Positions 43,689 through 59,874 of a stretch of DNA of 64,000 nucleotides are shown piece after piece. Both the position numbers and the translations under genes were made by a program. Below the pieces are notes generated by a model. It made no database searches. It was not told the DNA's origin and was given only the letters and a program-made list of their open reading frames with translations. Within the stretch, counting starts at the first letter, position 1. Each line of letters begins with the position of its first letter. The stretch spans positions 1 through 64,000 of the forward strand of contig MCFE01000439.1 in NCBI GenBank assembly GCA_002104905.1, read 5' to 3'. This stretch comes from Basidiobolus meristosporus CBS 931.73 (lineage: Eukaryota > Fungi > Basidiobolomycota).

Positions 43689-46565
43689 TTACACGATGGC
43701 CACCTGTTTATAAACCAACGAGCGAATCTTATAGTAATTCGCCGACAAGCATCCATCAACCACGATCTGTCCAGCGGAGGTCTGCGAGGGGAGAGAAGCA
43801 TGAGTATTTGAAGAGGGGCTGCTTGCTTGTTGGCTGGAGTTACCTTGCGAATGGCGACGTGGTCATCACAAACCAACACACCATCACCTTTGAATTCGGC
43901 GACAATCCCCTCGTTTTGCAGCACCCTCTTGAGCTCGGTCAAGCGGACATCGCCCACAAACAGTGGTGGATGCCAGCCCTGCTGCTCTTCAATGGGAAGC
44001 ACATCCAAGGTGGGCGTTGAAGAGTCTTCCGAATAATGAATTTTACCGGTGATGTGGGCCAACTCATAATCGTCAAGCTTGGAAGAGTGGTTAGCTAGGC
44101 TCAGGTCAACGAAAGGCTGTAAAGCCAATTTACCTTGGAGAAGTTGAGCGAACTGACGAGGGAATCGGTGAGTTTGACCTAGGCGGTGGTTAGTATATCA
44201 AAAGAAGGTTGGCCAAACTCTAATTGAAGCCCCACCTGATAGATGTTGGTTGCCGACGAGACATTGATCATTTCACCCACTCTTGGGGCGAAGATCTCTT
44301 TAGTCATTTCATCCACCTGAAGGCACGAATTCATCAGATCTTTGGTGGCTTCCTCGGTTCCATGGATTATGATCTGGGGGAAAGCAAGCGGTGAGCATGG
44401 GGCATCCACCAAAATCTTGGCTGGCGTTTATACCAATTTCCTGGGATTCACTTGGGGCAAGATAGTTTTGATGGAACGACCATCCGATAAACCTTCCAAG
44501 TCGATGTACACCACTTTGCATGTCATGTGGAGGTTCTCTGTCTCTGCGACGTATTTGGTGGGGATAGATGGTTCGGTCGTCTGCTCCTCCTTGTCAATGT
44601 CCATCTCGTTCTACATAACGTGGTGAGCCGTCTTGAGATGGCCAGCAAATGGATCAGGGCGTCTTACCTCGGCATTCTCGTCAACAGCCATGGATTGATT
44701 CATGAGCTGGTCCAAATCGAAATCTTTCATGAACTTTTCGGGCTGAATCACCTCGCCATAATCATCGAACCGCTTCTTCCTTTCGATGTATGGAAACATG
44801 CGGTAGCTCTGTGTTTGTTTGAAGAAGCCGCCACTCTTCGTGGCATCCTTCAGATACAGATCGAACTGATCATGCAGCAGTTGCTCCATGTCCACATCGT
44901 CCACATCCGATTCGGACTCGTCGGATTCGTCCTCTTCGATGATGGTCTTACTGCGGGCAATGAGCGCCGCTTGTGCCGCTTCTCTCTCGAGCCTAGTACG
45001 CTCCGATGCGGTGTGCTCCAACAGCTCCGCACCCTCTAGAGGCACTTTTTTCGTGATCTAGCGTTAAGCAATCCCACAGGTAAGTAAAGTGTGTGAGATG
45101 CATGAAACCCTTACATACGTACATTGAGCTGTAGCTGGAGATCGAAGTGAACCGGAGGCACTACGGTTCCAGGTCTCGAATGAGCAACGCTTTCCCACTC
45201 CTCGTACAACTTCCTGGCCAGTGTGTTTGGTGGACCACGGCTAGTAAGAATCACTGTGTTTTTGGGATCAGCACCCCACTCAACTAACAAGTCCCTGGAA
45301 TATCCGGTCTCCATGCTAATGCAACTGGCAAGTATAATCTTGGGACCATGATGCTTGGCCAGATCACTCTGCTTGTGGCAAAGGCGAACGTTTCTGTGGA
45401 CGAATAGGTGTCAATCCTGGTGCCGATAATTAATTGAACAAAAGCAACCATTACTTGAGATCAAAGGGATTCTCTCTTGCACTTTCGAATTGCTTGGTAA
45501 TCGAGTCGCTCATCCATTCCAGCATACTCTTGGCGAACTGGGTCGTGCGGTAACTCTTGTGTGTGTAAAACAGCAATGGGAAAGACAACCGCTGGGAATT
45601 CCAGAGATGGTCCAGTACGTAGGCGATCTCTAAAACACGAGAGGACGAATCTACCGGAACCAATACATTACCCCCATTGCGAAGTGTGGATATGATGGAT
45701 TCTAACAGAACAGAGCAATAAGTCATCAGTTTGGTTAGGTCCTCGCATGGTCATTGTTCCACTTACCGAAGAGTGCGTTTTCGCGATATTTCCGTGCTGC
45801 GTGAACTGCCAGGGAGTTGTATGCATCGGTGATTAGCACTGAGGGTCGGAACAAACTTTCCAGCACCACACCATTAGCATGAAGGACGGTTCCATCTAAA
45901 TGTCTTTGAATCTGCATGTTAACAAATGGGTGCAGAGCGGATCTCCTAATGAGGGTCTACCTCTCTTTCTTATGATTGTAGTCTACCGCATATACTATTT
46001 CGTCTGTGTCCTTCTTAATCTTCCAGATAGTTCCACCGATAGTGTGCCCAGCCGCATATGCAGTGATCAGTATTCCCTTCGCTTTACCTATAGACGCACG
46101 GGATCAATTAACCTTCGAAGTCAATAAGTGTTCTCGCTGCTCACGCATACCTGATAATCCGGTTGGTTGTGAGTATCTTAATATGGTTATCTTATCAAAG
46201 GCGGTGTCAATCTCCTCCACGGTGAACAAATCGAACTCAGTTGCATTTTTCTTGGACAAGGCCACGTCAAGCATGCACATCCTACCCATGTTTTGGGTTG
46301 GCAAGGTAGCATATACTGGACAACTAAGCCCTAGCTTAGAGTACGCGTACGGGAAGGCTCCTAGATGGGCCAGATCCGGGTGGGACAACAATACCACATC
46401 TATCTGCTTTGCCACTCGCTTTAAATGCTTCAACTCGTCCAAATTAAAGGGATCGTACCAACCGCAGTCTAACAAGATCTTAACATCATCTACTTCCAAG
46501 AGATAGCATAATGCCGCTTCTGAATGAGAACCAGATATGGCAGTGAACTTGATGTAACTTGTCAT
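43689..46565 (-). CDS. CFT2: Cleavage and polyadenylation specificity factor subunit 2 (CPSF100/Cft2)
   Basis: [12 protein letters not shown]...[78 protein letters not shown]. Confidence 0.95.
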
Positions 46566-46802
46566 AGTTCACTACAGGAGAAACACGGAAGGATGTACAC
46601 CTTCAGAATGATTGACTAACCATGAGTGACCATGAATTTTTAAACATCCAAAAAATTTCTGTAATCAAACCGAAAATCTCAACACACCTAAATCCTGCTT
46701 ATGGTTCCCTAGCTAAACTTGATTAACATCTCCTAGTGGCACTTGAGCTTTTTCTTTGCAACTCCAACTCCGACCCCGCCCCCGCCCCCACTTTACCTTC
46801 AC

Positions 46803-47754
46803 ATGGCGACACAACCACAACTGGGCGCAGCATACCCAGCTCCGCCAGACTACTACAAACGCTTCACTGATGAGAATTTGGAGAAATTTCGTACTTGGAA
46901 AGAGTCCGACAATAAATCAAACCCAACAGCACCCACCCATGCAGACAAGGAGTTCGAGTTTTTAGAGCCACCCAAGCCCATCACCGAGGGTGAATATTGG
47001 ATGTTTGGAAAGCGCTGGCTGGTAAACGCCAAATCACATCTCTACACACGAGATAACAACCATTCACCCTGGATTTTCCACCATAGATCGAGGATGTTCT
47101 GCCCAGCTTAGAGGAACAGAATGTACAACAGCTATATCCCAAAGAAAGCATCGGTAAAATCCCCACCTCTTTGATATGTAACCGCAGAATCACTTTCGCT
47201 CACCGAGGCCTATTTCGTCTTGCGGGAAATAGACAGAATCAAGGAGCTGAAGAAGCTGAACTTCTCCCTTGTGTTCAGTTTTTTGGAGCTGGTGGAAACG
47301 CTGATTCGTAACCCGACCCAGGTACGCTTGCGAAGAGTTCCTCCCCTGGAAGAGTATGAACTTTGCTTACCTCTAACTTGGCGTAGTTTACCATGAACAT
47401 CGATCATATCCGGTTGATTCTGATCAATATGCATCATATCATCAACGAGTACCGACCACATCAGGTACACTTGCTTTGACGCTCCCCCACTTTTCACAGG
47501 CTAACCCGTGTGCCGCAACTAGGCTAAGGAAACCCTGACCCTGATTCTCCAAGAGCAAGTGCAGAAACGGAAAAACGACTCCCAATTACTAAGCAAGTAA
47601 GCGGTCGCGTAGATCATCCCGTCTCCCACTTTACGTTAACCTACCCAGCACTTGTGATGAATTCTTGGAGAAGCTGAGCAAAATTCGAGACGGGTTTGTG
47701 GACAAAATCGGTGACCAAATGGAACTCGACGTACCCATATATTTCTATGACTGA
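46803..47754 (+). CDS. MED7: Mediator subunit Med7
   Basis: YPAPPDYYKRFT, PPKPITEGEYWMFG, LPSLEEQ...QLYP, ELKKLNFSL...FLELV, LINMHHIINEYRPHQAKETL. The 3' end is less certain. Confidence 0.9.
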
Positions 47755-48067
47755 ACTGCCAAAGATCTCTCACTCACATGAACCTATGACTAGGATATTG
47801 ACATCAAAGAAGAAAAGCAAAGCGAGGCTGGCTCTAGCATACCCAGCACCCAATCTTCCAGGAACAAGAGATTGCTTCAGATGGTGGACTCCATTGTATA
47901 ATGCGCCGGCTGTTTCATGCCAATAAATTTAGACATCATTCGTATCACAATGAAATGGTAGTAGGCTTCTATAGGTGTTGTTTATTCTTGTATTTATTGG
48001 TGTTTTATGTATAAACAAATGCAAGGGACAAACACGTTGCAAGGACAAAGAAATCTTTATTAGGTTC

Positions 48068-48547
48068 TTAGTTCTTGGGAGCTTCCTTGTAGGAGATAAC
48101 AGCCTCTTCACCCATGGCGGAGATAACAGTGACGAGCAATTCCTTGCCTTCGTTGAAGTCTTCCTCGAGCTTGTCACCCAACTCACCCTCAGGTTGCTTG
48201 ACGTCGTCCTTCATGGAACCGTCGTTAAGCATCAAGCTGAGGAAACCACCATCGATATCGATGAGGGAGTATTCGTTACGGGAGACGTTGGGGACATCCA
48301 TGTTGTGGGTGGATGGGGAAACATCTTCGAGCTTCTTGCCAGTGAAAATATCGATGGCAACCAAGTTAACCTTGGCGTGACCGTGCTTACCGGTCTTGGA
48401 GGTAGACATATCGACAATCTTGCAAGGACGGCCCTTGATGACGACGTGACCGTTCTTACGAAGAGCGGAACATTGCATAGGGTAGGTGAGGGAAGCACCG
48501 GAGGAGGCGGCCTCGAAGGTATGGTTATGTTGTTCGTCGTCAGACAT
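48068..48547 (-). CDS. HYP2: Translation factor eIF5A
   Basis: Hypusine motif [13 protein letters not shown]; [25 protein letters not shown]. Confidence 0.98.
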   Translation of the reverse strand: MSDDEQHNHTFEAASSGASLTYPMQCSALRKNGHVVIKGRPCKIVDMSTSKTGKHGHAKVNLVAIDIFTGKKLEDVSPSTHNMDVPNVSRNEYSLIDIDGGFLSLMLNDGSMKDDVKQPEGELGDKLEEDFNEGKELLVTVISAMGEEAVISYKEAPKN

Positions 48548-49201
48548 GTTAATCTAGATGGGTGAATTAGAACGCGTGTACTTCGACCGACGTAATATGA
48601 GACATAACTTACCTTGGTGAATAGAAGATAAAGGGTGGAGTATCCAGCGAAGGAAAAATTCGAGAGCGAGATGGGTTTATATGATGTGGCTACAGGGGAG
48701 AAATGATTTTTTGACGAAATCTTTTTTTCCTCTTGGTATTAAGGCCAGGGTCAAGGTATGATTACTCTTAGTGAGTTGTCAATATTTTTTGCATTCTCTC
48801 CATTTCCCCATTGTTATTGCTCCTATCCTTAATTAGAAAGGGCGAATCACCTTCCTGCATCCGGAGCTCCCCATTTTCCGAGGGTCCCTTGATTTTTCTA
48901 ATCTATACCAATTAAATATCTCTGGTCCGCCATTGGTCTGACCTGGACCACAACAACACCGTATCTTCCAATTTAGACACACGAACAGGAAAAGGGGGCC
49001 CTTTCCGTGGCCCCATTTATGCGGGTATTTTCACGTATGCAATGCTTAATACGGATGGAATATGGTGGTGGATAGTGGTGTTTGCTATCCACAAACTGGG
49101 TGTTCGAATGCCGTGAAAGCCAATTATATACCTCATTGGATTGGCTTATCCTATCATGGAAATCGGTATCAGAAGCTAGGCTATTTATTGGTTTTTGTTT
49201 T

Positions 49202-50294
<1,093 letters not shown>

Positions 50295-50730
50295 TGTTCT
50301 ATGGGCTATATATTAGAAGGCAATAATGAACCTGCAAACGCGCGCTTACTGAACTTCGGGTATCTCCTGTACACAAGAAAAAAAAAGGAAAAATCTGAAA
50401 ATCGATCGGGATTTGTTTAACTAATCATCCTTCACGTATCTGAAGAGAGAAGGGAGATTTTAAGTAAAAAACTTGAACAACTTTCATTTTATTATGTACA
50501 ACATAATCAGTGAGCCAAAAAGTAAAGCGCAAGAATTCAGAGGGGAGGCCATATCCGGGAGAGCTGGGAGAGGATACTAGTTAATAAATAACTGCTCTTC
50601 GAATCAGGAGAAGGTGGAATACAAAGAAAATCACAAGAAAGTGGGTGTCTAATATGTTAGGGTTGGTGATTAATTGTGAGTGGTTACATGTGCAGATGCT
50701 TGAAATAAAATATCGCTGAACAACTGGTTT

Positions 50731-53700
50731 TTACATGGATGGGGAGGGCGTTCCAGGTAAAGGTGTTCCAGGTTTATTCAGCTCTTCTTCAATTTCTCTG
50801 GTAAAGTCATCCAAAAAGTCATCGTCATCCTCCTCCTCCTCCTCCTCCCCTTCGTCTTCGTCAAGGTGTCCCGCTTCCTCATTCTCGCTTTCGCGAACCG
50901 GGCCATTCTGCTCTACATTGAAATCCGATTGAACCTCAAAATCATCGTCCTCCATGAAGCTAACCGAGTTTTTCAATGGCGAGGCGTGTGCTCGAAGAGC
51001 ACGCATGCGTTTGATGCCGTTTCTTTCGGACTCTTCCGTTCCCTTGAATTCAACAGAGTCGGGGTCTAGGAAATCACCAGACTTGCGTTTCCGGAAAACG
51101 AACCCATCATCTCCATCATCGTCCTTTTCCGAGTCGACTTCCGATGTGGCAGTGTTGAAGTCTGAATCATCCAGAAACTCCTCAACCTCGCGTGCAGCAT
51201 CACCCCAATCCATGCGCATCATATGCTCATTCATTTCATTGTCATCAATCAGAAGTGGCTCCTCTTCCTCCTCCGCAATGGCCCCATTGCCCAATTACTT
51301 GTCCACCAAATTCGAAGATCTCTTCATCCGATTGTGGTGCGGGGTTGACTGCACTCTGGGCCACTGGTGTATCCTCAATTAGATACATTCTTTCGTCTTG
51401 GCGCTCCCAGCGAGCAATTGAATCAAGTAGCCTATATGGATCATTTCTTGTTATTATATTTCCATCGATTTCCCGGCAAAGATGAGACATACCATTCTGG
51501 TTTCACGATGAATACATCCGGCATCTTCCGACCATGATTGACTTTGGCAGTTCCAGGCTGACATCAAGGCATTAGAGACTGGCTGATGGCAGTGTAAGAA
51601 AAAGTGCATTACCTTGCCAGCGACTATATGGGTCACCTGGCTGTTCAAATTTGTAGAGCACTGGGCACCAAAGCTACGAGCTAAGCACCATATATCGGAC
51701 CTAAAAACGCAGAGTTGGGTCAGAATGTATAGGTCTACTAGTGATGTCGGAAAGTAGGGTCGTACTTTGTTGGATCGTAGCCAAGTGGAATTACACTACT
51801 AAACACAATATTGGTGTTTTTGAGAACACGTGTTTTCATCGATGGGATGATATTCTAATGCAAATTGTGGAATGAGCAACTTGGCCCAATGCTGTAGGAT
51901 GTAATAATCCAAGGGCTTACTTTAACATCTGGGAGGCCTTGTTCACCGAGGGCACTTCCGTGGCCAATCTGCTCGTATTCAGTATAGTATTTGGAATGAA
52001 TATCTTGTAACACCTATTTTTCTGTTAGAATAGGAAAAAATGATTTCAGCAGCAAAGCGAGGTACCTTGAGCAGCATAGGTAGTTCCATGTCGTTGTCGA
52101 TTAGGATAGGCTTTTCCTCAACTTGTTCTTGCTGCTGCTGTTGAAGTTGTTGTAACGGTTTGTTGGCTTTCTGGCTCTCCATAATCTCGTTTTGTTCTTG
52201 TTCTTGCTGGGCCAACACAGTTTCATCAACTTGCTCTATTGTGGTAGGGTAAGCCACACTCTCGGTCATTGGAAATTTACGATTATTTTACCTTCATCGT
52301 TTTTGTCGGTAGTCTTCTGATTGGGCTTTACCACAGAGGAGCTAGGACTTGCTCTGCCGCCTGGTTTGGCTGTAATAGTCTAAAAGCAGAGGGGTTGAAT
52401 GGCTGAGATGATGAACAATTAGCAATAGGAAGAAATACCTCTTGTTTAGGAAGGAACGAGCCATTAATATCGCCAATACCAACAAAAAAGTCGTCTGATA
52501 AAGAATTGAATGAGTACATTCCTCAGCCTCATCAAGTAAACAACACATACATGGGCTGACTTTAATGAGATTCGGGGACCATTGCCATACGTCCCCACGA
52601 TCATCAATGATCACCACCATAGAGGTGTCACATGGGAAGAGACGTTGAATTGTTTTTTGAGTCATGCCTAAGCGTCAATAATGAATAGCGATCCACGTGA
52701 GAAGTCAATGAAATATAACTCACTTCCGCTTTCGTCTCGAGACAGAATTCTTTCCTTGAAAAATTCTTGATCAGGGTCAATCACATTTGCGACCGCGGAG
52801 GCGTAGTTACGAGTTCCCATTGTGTAAATATGAAGCTCATAAATTTTGGTGATCTCCTTCAAAAACTCCCTCAACCCAGGACTAATAAATGTTAGTTGAA
52901 TGCTGGTGTCATGTATACAAAATAGCACAACAGTTACCGTAGTTTTATATAGTAGACGGTTGGACTGTCAGGCAAGACAAACTTCGCAATATCCTAAAAT
53001 ACAAAAGGTAAGCCTACTGATAGAGTAACAGAGTAACGTGAATATTCCTTACGTTCGTAGCAGAGTGGTTGATGTTGTTTTCGTCGTTCATCCAGTCCTC
53101 GATAGTAGGATCAACAGCAGCGTGGATAATCGTTTGATCCAAATCAACAATCAAAGAAAGTTTACGAGAACTTAAAAGTCTACTAGAAGTCTCTTTCTCC
53201 AGTCGCTCAGCTTCCTGTAAAGAACACGACGGCTTAGTCCAATAACTCGCATGCTGTTTACTTGGGTAGTGCCTCACCTCGGTGCTAACTCTGAGCCCTA
53301 GGGCATCATGGGTCATGTTAATTGTAGCTCTGCTTGTATCAGAACCACCAAAATCAGGGCTGTGGAATATTAATATGCAGTTAGTTTGCTGCAGCCAAGT
53401 CACAACATTTGGGTGGATAACTTACACGCTTAAATCTTTTGCGCAGTAGGCACACAATCCGTTGAATTGCATCCCATGGCTACAAGGCTCCTTGATAGAA
53501 AGGATAGGATGACTGGATTCAACATAGAGCAAAATCAGTAACTCTTCAAGCAAACAAGCTCAGAATGGACTTACTCTTTTTGAGTGATTCGATCGCCGGC
53601 AGTCACTTGAAGCTTATCAATGGTTCCTTCATAGGGGCTAACGAGCTCCTCCCTGACGTTTCTGATGACTAATTTCACCTCTGGTTGTTGTTTTGGGAAG

Positions 53701-53858
53701 TCGGGGTCAGGCTCGGCTTTCACCTCATCGGTGGTTGTGTGTTCGTACAAACACACAACTTGGTACTTTTCGATTTCATCTTGAGGAGAAACTCTAAAGG
53801 AAATCACAGTTGCCGGTAGATGTTCTTCAGGTATGTAAATATCACGTATGGTTTCCAT
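50731..53858 (-). CDS. FCP1: RNA polymerase II CTD phosphatase Fcp1 (FCPH domain plus BRCT)
   Basis: CSHGMQFNGLCAYC, RKLSLIVDLDQTIIHA (DxDxT), YELHIYTMGTRNYA, RLFPCDTSMVVIIDDRGDVW, BRCT with acidic tail. Confidence 0.95.
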
Positions 53859-54554
53859 TGAAAAGGAGCCACCTGGTAGGTCTAATAAACTATGGGGTTT
53901 TCAATTCTAAGAAATCTAGAGAGAACACGCAGATCTGAGAGAAGAGTACGCGTAGGTTTTGAAGTAGTGGCGCGAAATAACAAGCTAAAGAATAAACTCG
54001 AACACAGTTGATCACAAAGGTTGCGTAAAACCAGTAAAAATAAGGATAATGGTAATCAATTTTGAATTTAGGAAAGTCATCCCAGCTTTACTCAAATCTG
54101 AGTGGAAAAAACCCCGAGTGTGGTCGTTTCAAAAAAATTCTGAAGATCATGAAGATGATGCATTCAACTGTGGAATGATCATAGCATTTAGCCAAAAGGA
54201 TTGGCGCTGAGCAACCGCATTGCAACAAGTAATAGGGAATGGCTGCTATATAGCTATAGCCTGCACTCCAGCGGGAGTTGCGTGCGACCGTGTTGGGGAT
54301 GTAGTGTTAGCGCTACTGACAAATGACGACAACCGAATTTCGGGCATTGGGTTGTGCATAAGAATATAATGATTTTTAAGGAATTGCTATCAATTAATTA
54401 TTGATCGCGAAAACACCAGAGTTAAGCAGAAATCCCGGCCAATGCTAATCAAATAAAAATCATGTGCATAGTGGAGAAGATCGTTGGAAAGCCCGCCATC
54501 ACTATTTCTCTTCATATCTTATTATCACGTATTTTGTTCTGATTTTTGACTAGC

Positions 54555-57500
54555 ATGTCATCAAGAGAGCAAACTCCCGAAGAGCGTGGAGAGGCCTTGG
54601 ATTTCGAGGAAGAGGACTCCATGAAGTATAATGACGACGAGGACGATGAAGAAGAAGAAGAAGACGAGGAAACCGAGGCTGATCGAGATGGTTTCATTGT
54701 AGACGATGACGAAGAAGACCCCGAGGAAGAGCGTGTCATGCGAAAGAAGAAGAAGAGAAAGAAGTTTGTTCAGGGTAAAGTTGCTTAGTGGCTATGCCCT
54801 GTTTGATGTTTGATCCACGTTTTTCTAACTTTTCACATCAGATCAAGACGACGAGGATGATCTGGACGAAGACGATCTGGCCTTGGTAGAAGAAAATACT
54901 GGGATAAAAGTTTCCAGACCCGAGGTTAATTTCGTTATAACATACTACTAAAATTTCGAAGCGAGCTAATTTTATTTTTTCGTAATAGCCCAAGCTGAAA
55001 CGCCTCAAGCGCGGCCGTCGCGACGAAGAAGAGGAAGATTTAGAGGATGATCACCGTGATGATGATCTCTCTCGAATTTTCGATGACAATGAGGAGGAAG
55101 ATGAGGAGGGGCTCGATGACCACCGGGAACACGATGATCTTGATGACTTTATTGATGACGACGATGACGAGGAGGCTGGGATTCGGGAAGAACGCGATGA
55201 CCGCCGAAGAGTACGTCAGACGGAGCGAGTTGTCTATACGGAGGAGTCTGGAATTAGTGAAGAGTATGTTGCATTGTGTTTATGCGCGATACTGCTGATG
55301 TTAAAATCCTACAATTTAGCGCTTGGGCCGAGATTTACGAAGTGTTCGGGGATGGCGAAGACTACGCGTGGGCAATGTATTCTAAGGTCTATAGAGGAGT
55401 TGTCGAGTTTCTGCATCGAGACGTATATTAATATCGATGTTGACTTCAGGATCAAGTCGCAGATGATGGCCTTCGTGGCGAAAAGCAGCTCAAGGATGTT
55501 AGTAGCGTTTGGATTCATTAAGGAGCCTTACTTTATCATTAACCGAACTCGTATGACTCCAAATGAATTTAGATCTTCGAGCCAAGTGAGCTTATCGAGC
55601 GAATGCTTACCGATGCTGATGAGGATATCAGAATCAAAGATATCCCCGAGAGAATGCAGGTACTGTTATGATTCGGCTCTTGATTCTATATGGTCGTGGG
55701 AGTAACAGTGATGTCGGGTTCTAGTTACGTTATGGCTTTGCGGCAGACACACCATTGACGGATATTGAGGTGGAGGAGGAGGCTGACTGGATTGCTCGTA
55801 CGTTGGCTCCTTTCAAATCGGTGGACTATACACTTTTGAGCGATGCTGTGAAGCACATCGTCAGATTTCTTAGTCAAGAATTTCTTGAAGTCCCGTTCAT
55901 TGCTACGCATAGGCAGGATTATTTTGTTCACCTTGACAGGGAGGTTAACCGCTTAGTTGATGTGCTATCCAAAGACGATCTTTGGGAAATCTACGATTTG
56001 GATTTCAAGTTCCGTTCGTTCTTGGAGCGTCGCCTAGCGCTGCGCTCCACAATAGACAGGGTCGATATTCACGACGATTATCTTGAAGATCAGCTACGTA
56101 AGGCTGATAAGATAGAACATGTCAACGACTTGATGGATTATGTTCACCTGCATTATGGTGCTGAAATAGCCCAATCAAAAAGAGGCCAAGGGCGCCGACG
56201 CCCCAACAAACATAGTCTTTACGAAATATGCAAGAAATCACCTGTTAGCGAATTCGCCAAAGTTCGTATTCTCGGCTGTGACACCCATAATCCAGTGATC
56301 TCACAGAATACCATCTATTTTAGAAATTCGGAATCCGGGCTCACGAATTCGGTGTCAACTTCTCTGACGGGACCAGGCAATATTTCCCTGATGATTTGCA
56401 TGAGCATGCTGAGGAGATGGCTGTAAAGTTTGTTTCGGCCTCATTCAGTAGTCCACAACTGGTGCTTAAAGGTAATCCTTTTACTTTGGTGTGGTGATGT
56501 CCAGCATGTCATAACAATGGTTGCGAATACTTTCTAGCTGCAAAATCAATGATTGCTCAGCAGATCTCTTTCGATCCTCAAGTTCGCAAAGCATTGCGAC
56601 TCTACTACGAATACAACTCGTCAGTCACGGTAATACCCACTGACTCGGGGATAGCCAGGATTGATGAGTATCATCCGTACTATGTACGATTAGGTTCATT
56701 TAACATCTCAGCGGAGTCTCTGAAGCATTGCTAATCCTTTGCTATAGCCATTCAAGTATCTACGCAGAAAGCCATTCCGCGACTTTTTTGATGGCCAATT
56801 CGTTGAGATTTTGAAATCCGAAGAAGAGGGTCTTACCAAGGTCGCTATACACCTGGACGACGAAGACAGATTCTTCCGAAGCTTCTCCGAGGCCTACACT
56901 AGTGACAACTACAGCGAGTTTGCACAGCAGTGGAACGAGCACAGAATCCAAATCTTGAAGAACGCGTTGACCGAATGGTTGTACCCGATGGCTGAAAAGT
57001 GGGTAAAAGAAAAGTTGCGCGCGGATGCGGAAGATTGGATAGCCAAGAAATGCCAAGCCTCTTTACAGAGGGTAGTGTATACCTCAGCTGAAAGTTGCTT
57101 AAGGACCGACTAATCAGAAGCCTTTCTTACCTAGAAACTAGAAGTAGGTCCGTACAGATCACCTCAGATGGATCACGATGTTTTACCGCGTGTTTTGGCA
57201 GTTTCTTGGGGCGCAGGGGAGATAAAGAAGGATCCGGTCGTGTGCATTTTCCTTGATGGTCTTGGCCGATTGTCGGAGTATCTAAAACTAGACGATATAA
57301 AAGACGAGGAGAATCGTGAGCAATTCTTACGGATTATCGACAAGCGCCAGCCTGATATCATTGCTGTTGGCGGATATAACATCCAAACTCGTAAACTGTT
57401 TGAGGAGGTGCAGCTTCTAGCAGAGGAAACCCACAGAAAGTATGGGGATCAGATTGCTGTAAGTTACGTTAACGATGAAGCTGCTAGACTCTATCGTGAA

Positions 57501-59342
57501 TCAAAGCGTGGCTCTGAAGAATTTCCGGAATTGCCCCCCATTATGAGATACTGCATTTCATTGGCAAGAATGCTGCAAAACCCCATCATGGAGTATGCAG
57601 CGCTAGGCCGGGACATTTTGTCAATCCAGCACCACACACTCCAGCGACTCCTCCCTGAAGAACGACTTATGACCGCACTCGAGCGCGCGCTAATCAATAC
57701 CGTCAATAGCGTTGGTGTGGACATCAACGAGGCTGTGGACTTTACAAGCAAGTCATATACTCTACAATACGTCAGTGGTCTTGGCCCGCGTAAAGTGCAG
57801 AGTTTGATCAAACGGATCACATCCACCGGTGGGTATCTGGAATCCCGTGCAGACCTGATCACCAAGAGAATTGCGACCAGGACCATTTTCATGAATTGCG
57901 CCAGTTTTCTTCGGATTCGACCCAACCTGGATGTTCTCGATGACACTCGGATCCACCCTCAAGATTACGAGTTGGCCCGTAAAATGGCCGCTGACGCGAT
58001 GGAAATTGACGAGGAGGACCTGCGTGATTACGATTCAGCATCGCAGCACGTTGCCGAGTTGATGAAGAACGAGCCCGACAAGTTGAACGATTTGATTCTT
58101 GATGACTACGCAGACGAGCTCGAACGGCGATTCCACACACCCAAGCGAATGATCCTGAATGCCATCAAAAAGGAGCTTCAAGGGCCATATCAAGACGAAA
58201 GGCGGCCATTCGCCGCCCTCAGCGAAGATGATATATTCACCATGCTGACCGGGGAGACCGACGAAACATTGTGCCCAGGAATGATCATCCCCGTTGAAGT
58301 TGCCCGAATCCGGGATAGGATGGCGTTTTGCCGGTTGGATTCGGGCATTGAGGGAGTCATTGGGATCACCAAGATGTCAGATCAGAAGATTCGGGATCCG
58401 TCAGAGGTGATGTCGGTGGGCGACACTATTCAATGTATGGTGTTGAGCGTGAACAAAGAGAGATTCATGGTGGATCTCTCTTGCCACCCTTATGATCTGA
58501 ACGTTCGCCATGACGAGTTCGTCAAGTCTAGACGAGATCGGGCATACGATGCCTATGAGGAGGAGAGAGAGCGCAACAAACAGGTAGCCAGACAACAGGC
58601 CAGGCAGATGAGCAACAGGGTGATCAAGCATCCATTGTTCAAGAGTCTGAAGGGCCGCGAAGCAGAGGCCTATCTTGCGTCCAAGTCCATTGGAGAGGCA
58701 GTCATTCGACCCTCCTCTCGCGGCAACGATCACATAGCCATCACCTGGAAAGTATACGATAACATATACCAACACATAGATGTTCTCGAGTTTGAAAAGG
58801 AGAATGACTACGCCGTTGGCCGTATATTGAAGATAGGCGATGCAACTTACACCGATCTTGACGAGTTGATTGTCTCTCACGTTGACGCCGCTGCACGCAA
58901 GGTCGAAGAGATGCTAAGCCATCCGAAATTCAAGACTGGCTCGCTCAAGTCATTAAATGATTTCTTGGAAGCCACCACCAAAGCAAACCCTAAGCAATCA
59001 GCCTACGGGTTCTGTCTGAACCCGGAAAAGCCTGGTTCCTTCTTCCTCGCATTCAAGCTCAACGCGCAAGCGAACCCGCATCAATGGGTGGTCAAGGTTA
59101 TTCCTGGGGCATTTAAACTGGGTACCGCTACGTATCCGGATGTCATCTCGTTGATCAACGGATTCAAGTTGATGCAGCAATCCAGGAACAAACATGCCTC
59201 CGGTAGCCACTCAAGAGACTCCCGTCGCTCCTCTCACCAGCAACAGCCGTCGTCGCAGCATCGAAGCAGCGGAAGCGGACAGTCCTCTCGTTACAGTAGT
59301 GGCAGCAATGGGGCCAGCGGACGACATCACTCTCGTCGGTAA
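54555..59342 (+). CDS. SPT6: Transcription elongation factor / histone chaperone Spt6
   Basis: Acidic N-terminus, EVPFIATHRQDY, YCISLARMLQNP, LQYVSGLGPRK (HhH), LDDTRIHPQDYELARKMA, S1 domain, tandem SH2 (IRPSSRGNDHIAITWKV). Confidence 0.97.
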
Positions 59343-59874
59343 ACGAACGCGGATTTTCCTTTTTCAATTTTTAAACCATGAGAAGAGTAGCAATAGAAAT
59401 GTAAACGTTACAAATGAATCCCAGGAGATAATTTGTAAATAATGAAAAATCCCTTCCGCCATTGATGACATGTACTATGGAGCATTTCACGGAAATCATC
59501 GACACAAAATCAATAAATATTTGATGGGAATCTCTCGGACTTTTGTCACGCTAGGGCTGGGGTCTGTCTCTATCACGTAGAACATATATACATGTTTATC
59601 TGTGTTTGGCACTTGGCAATATTATGAGAGAAAGCGACCGAATTCATTTCGAGTTGTATTGCAAAACAAGGGTGTTACTGTGCTGATTCAGAGCCAAGGC
59701 TAAAATGAGGGATGGATATTTGCAAAGGCTGCTGGCGGGGGATCAGATAGTTACAAATTAAGTGTATATCAAGGGAAGAAACGGGAAGAAACGGGAAGAG
59801 ACGGCTATTAAATAGAAATATCGAAGAGTGTATGTGCTAGGATGGGGACTGTTATCAACAAAGGGATTCGGAGG

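Noticed and set aside
54150-54215. Possible C/D snoRNA between FCP1 and SPT6 (ATGATGC...CTGA)
   Set aside because: Imperfect box C, no terminal stem, and no rRNA complement that I could identify.
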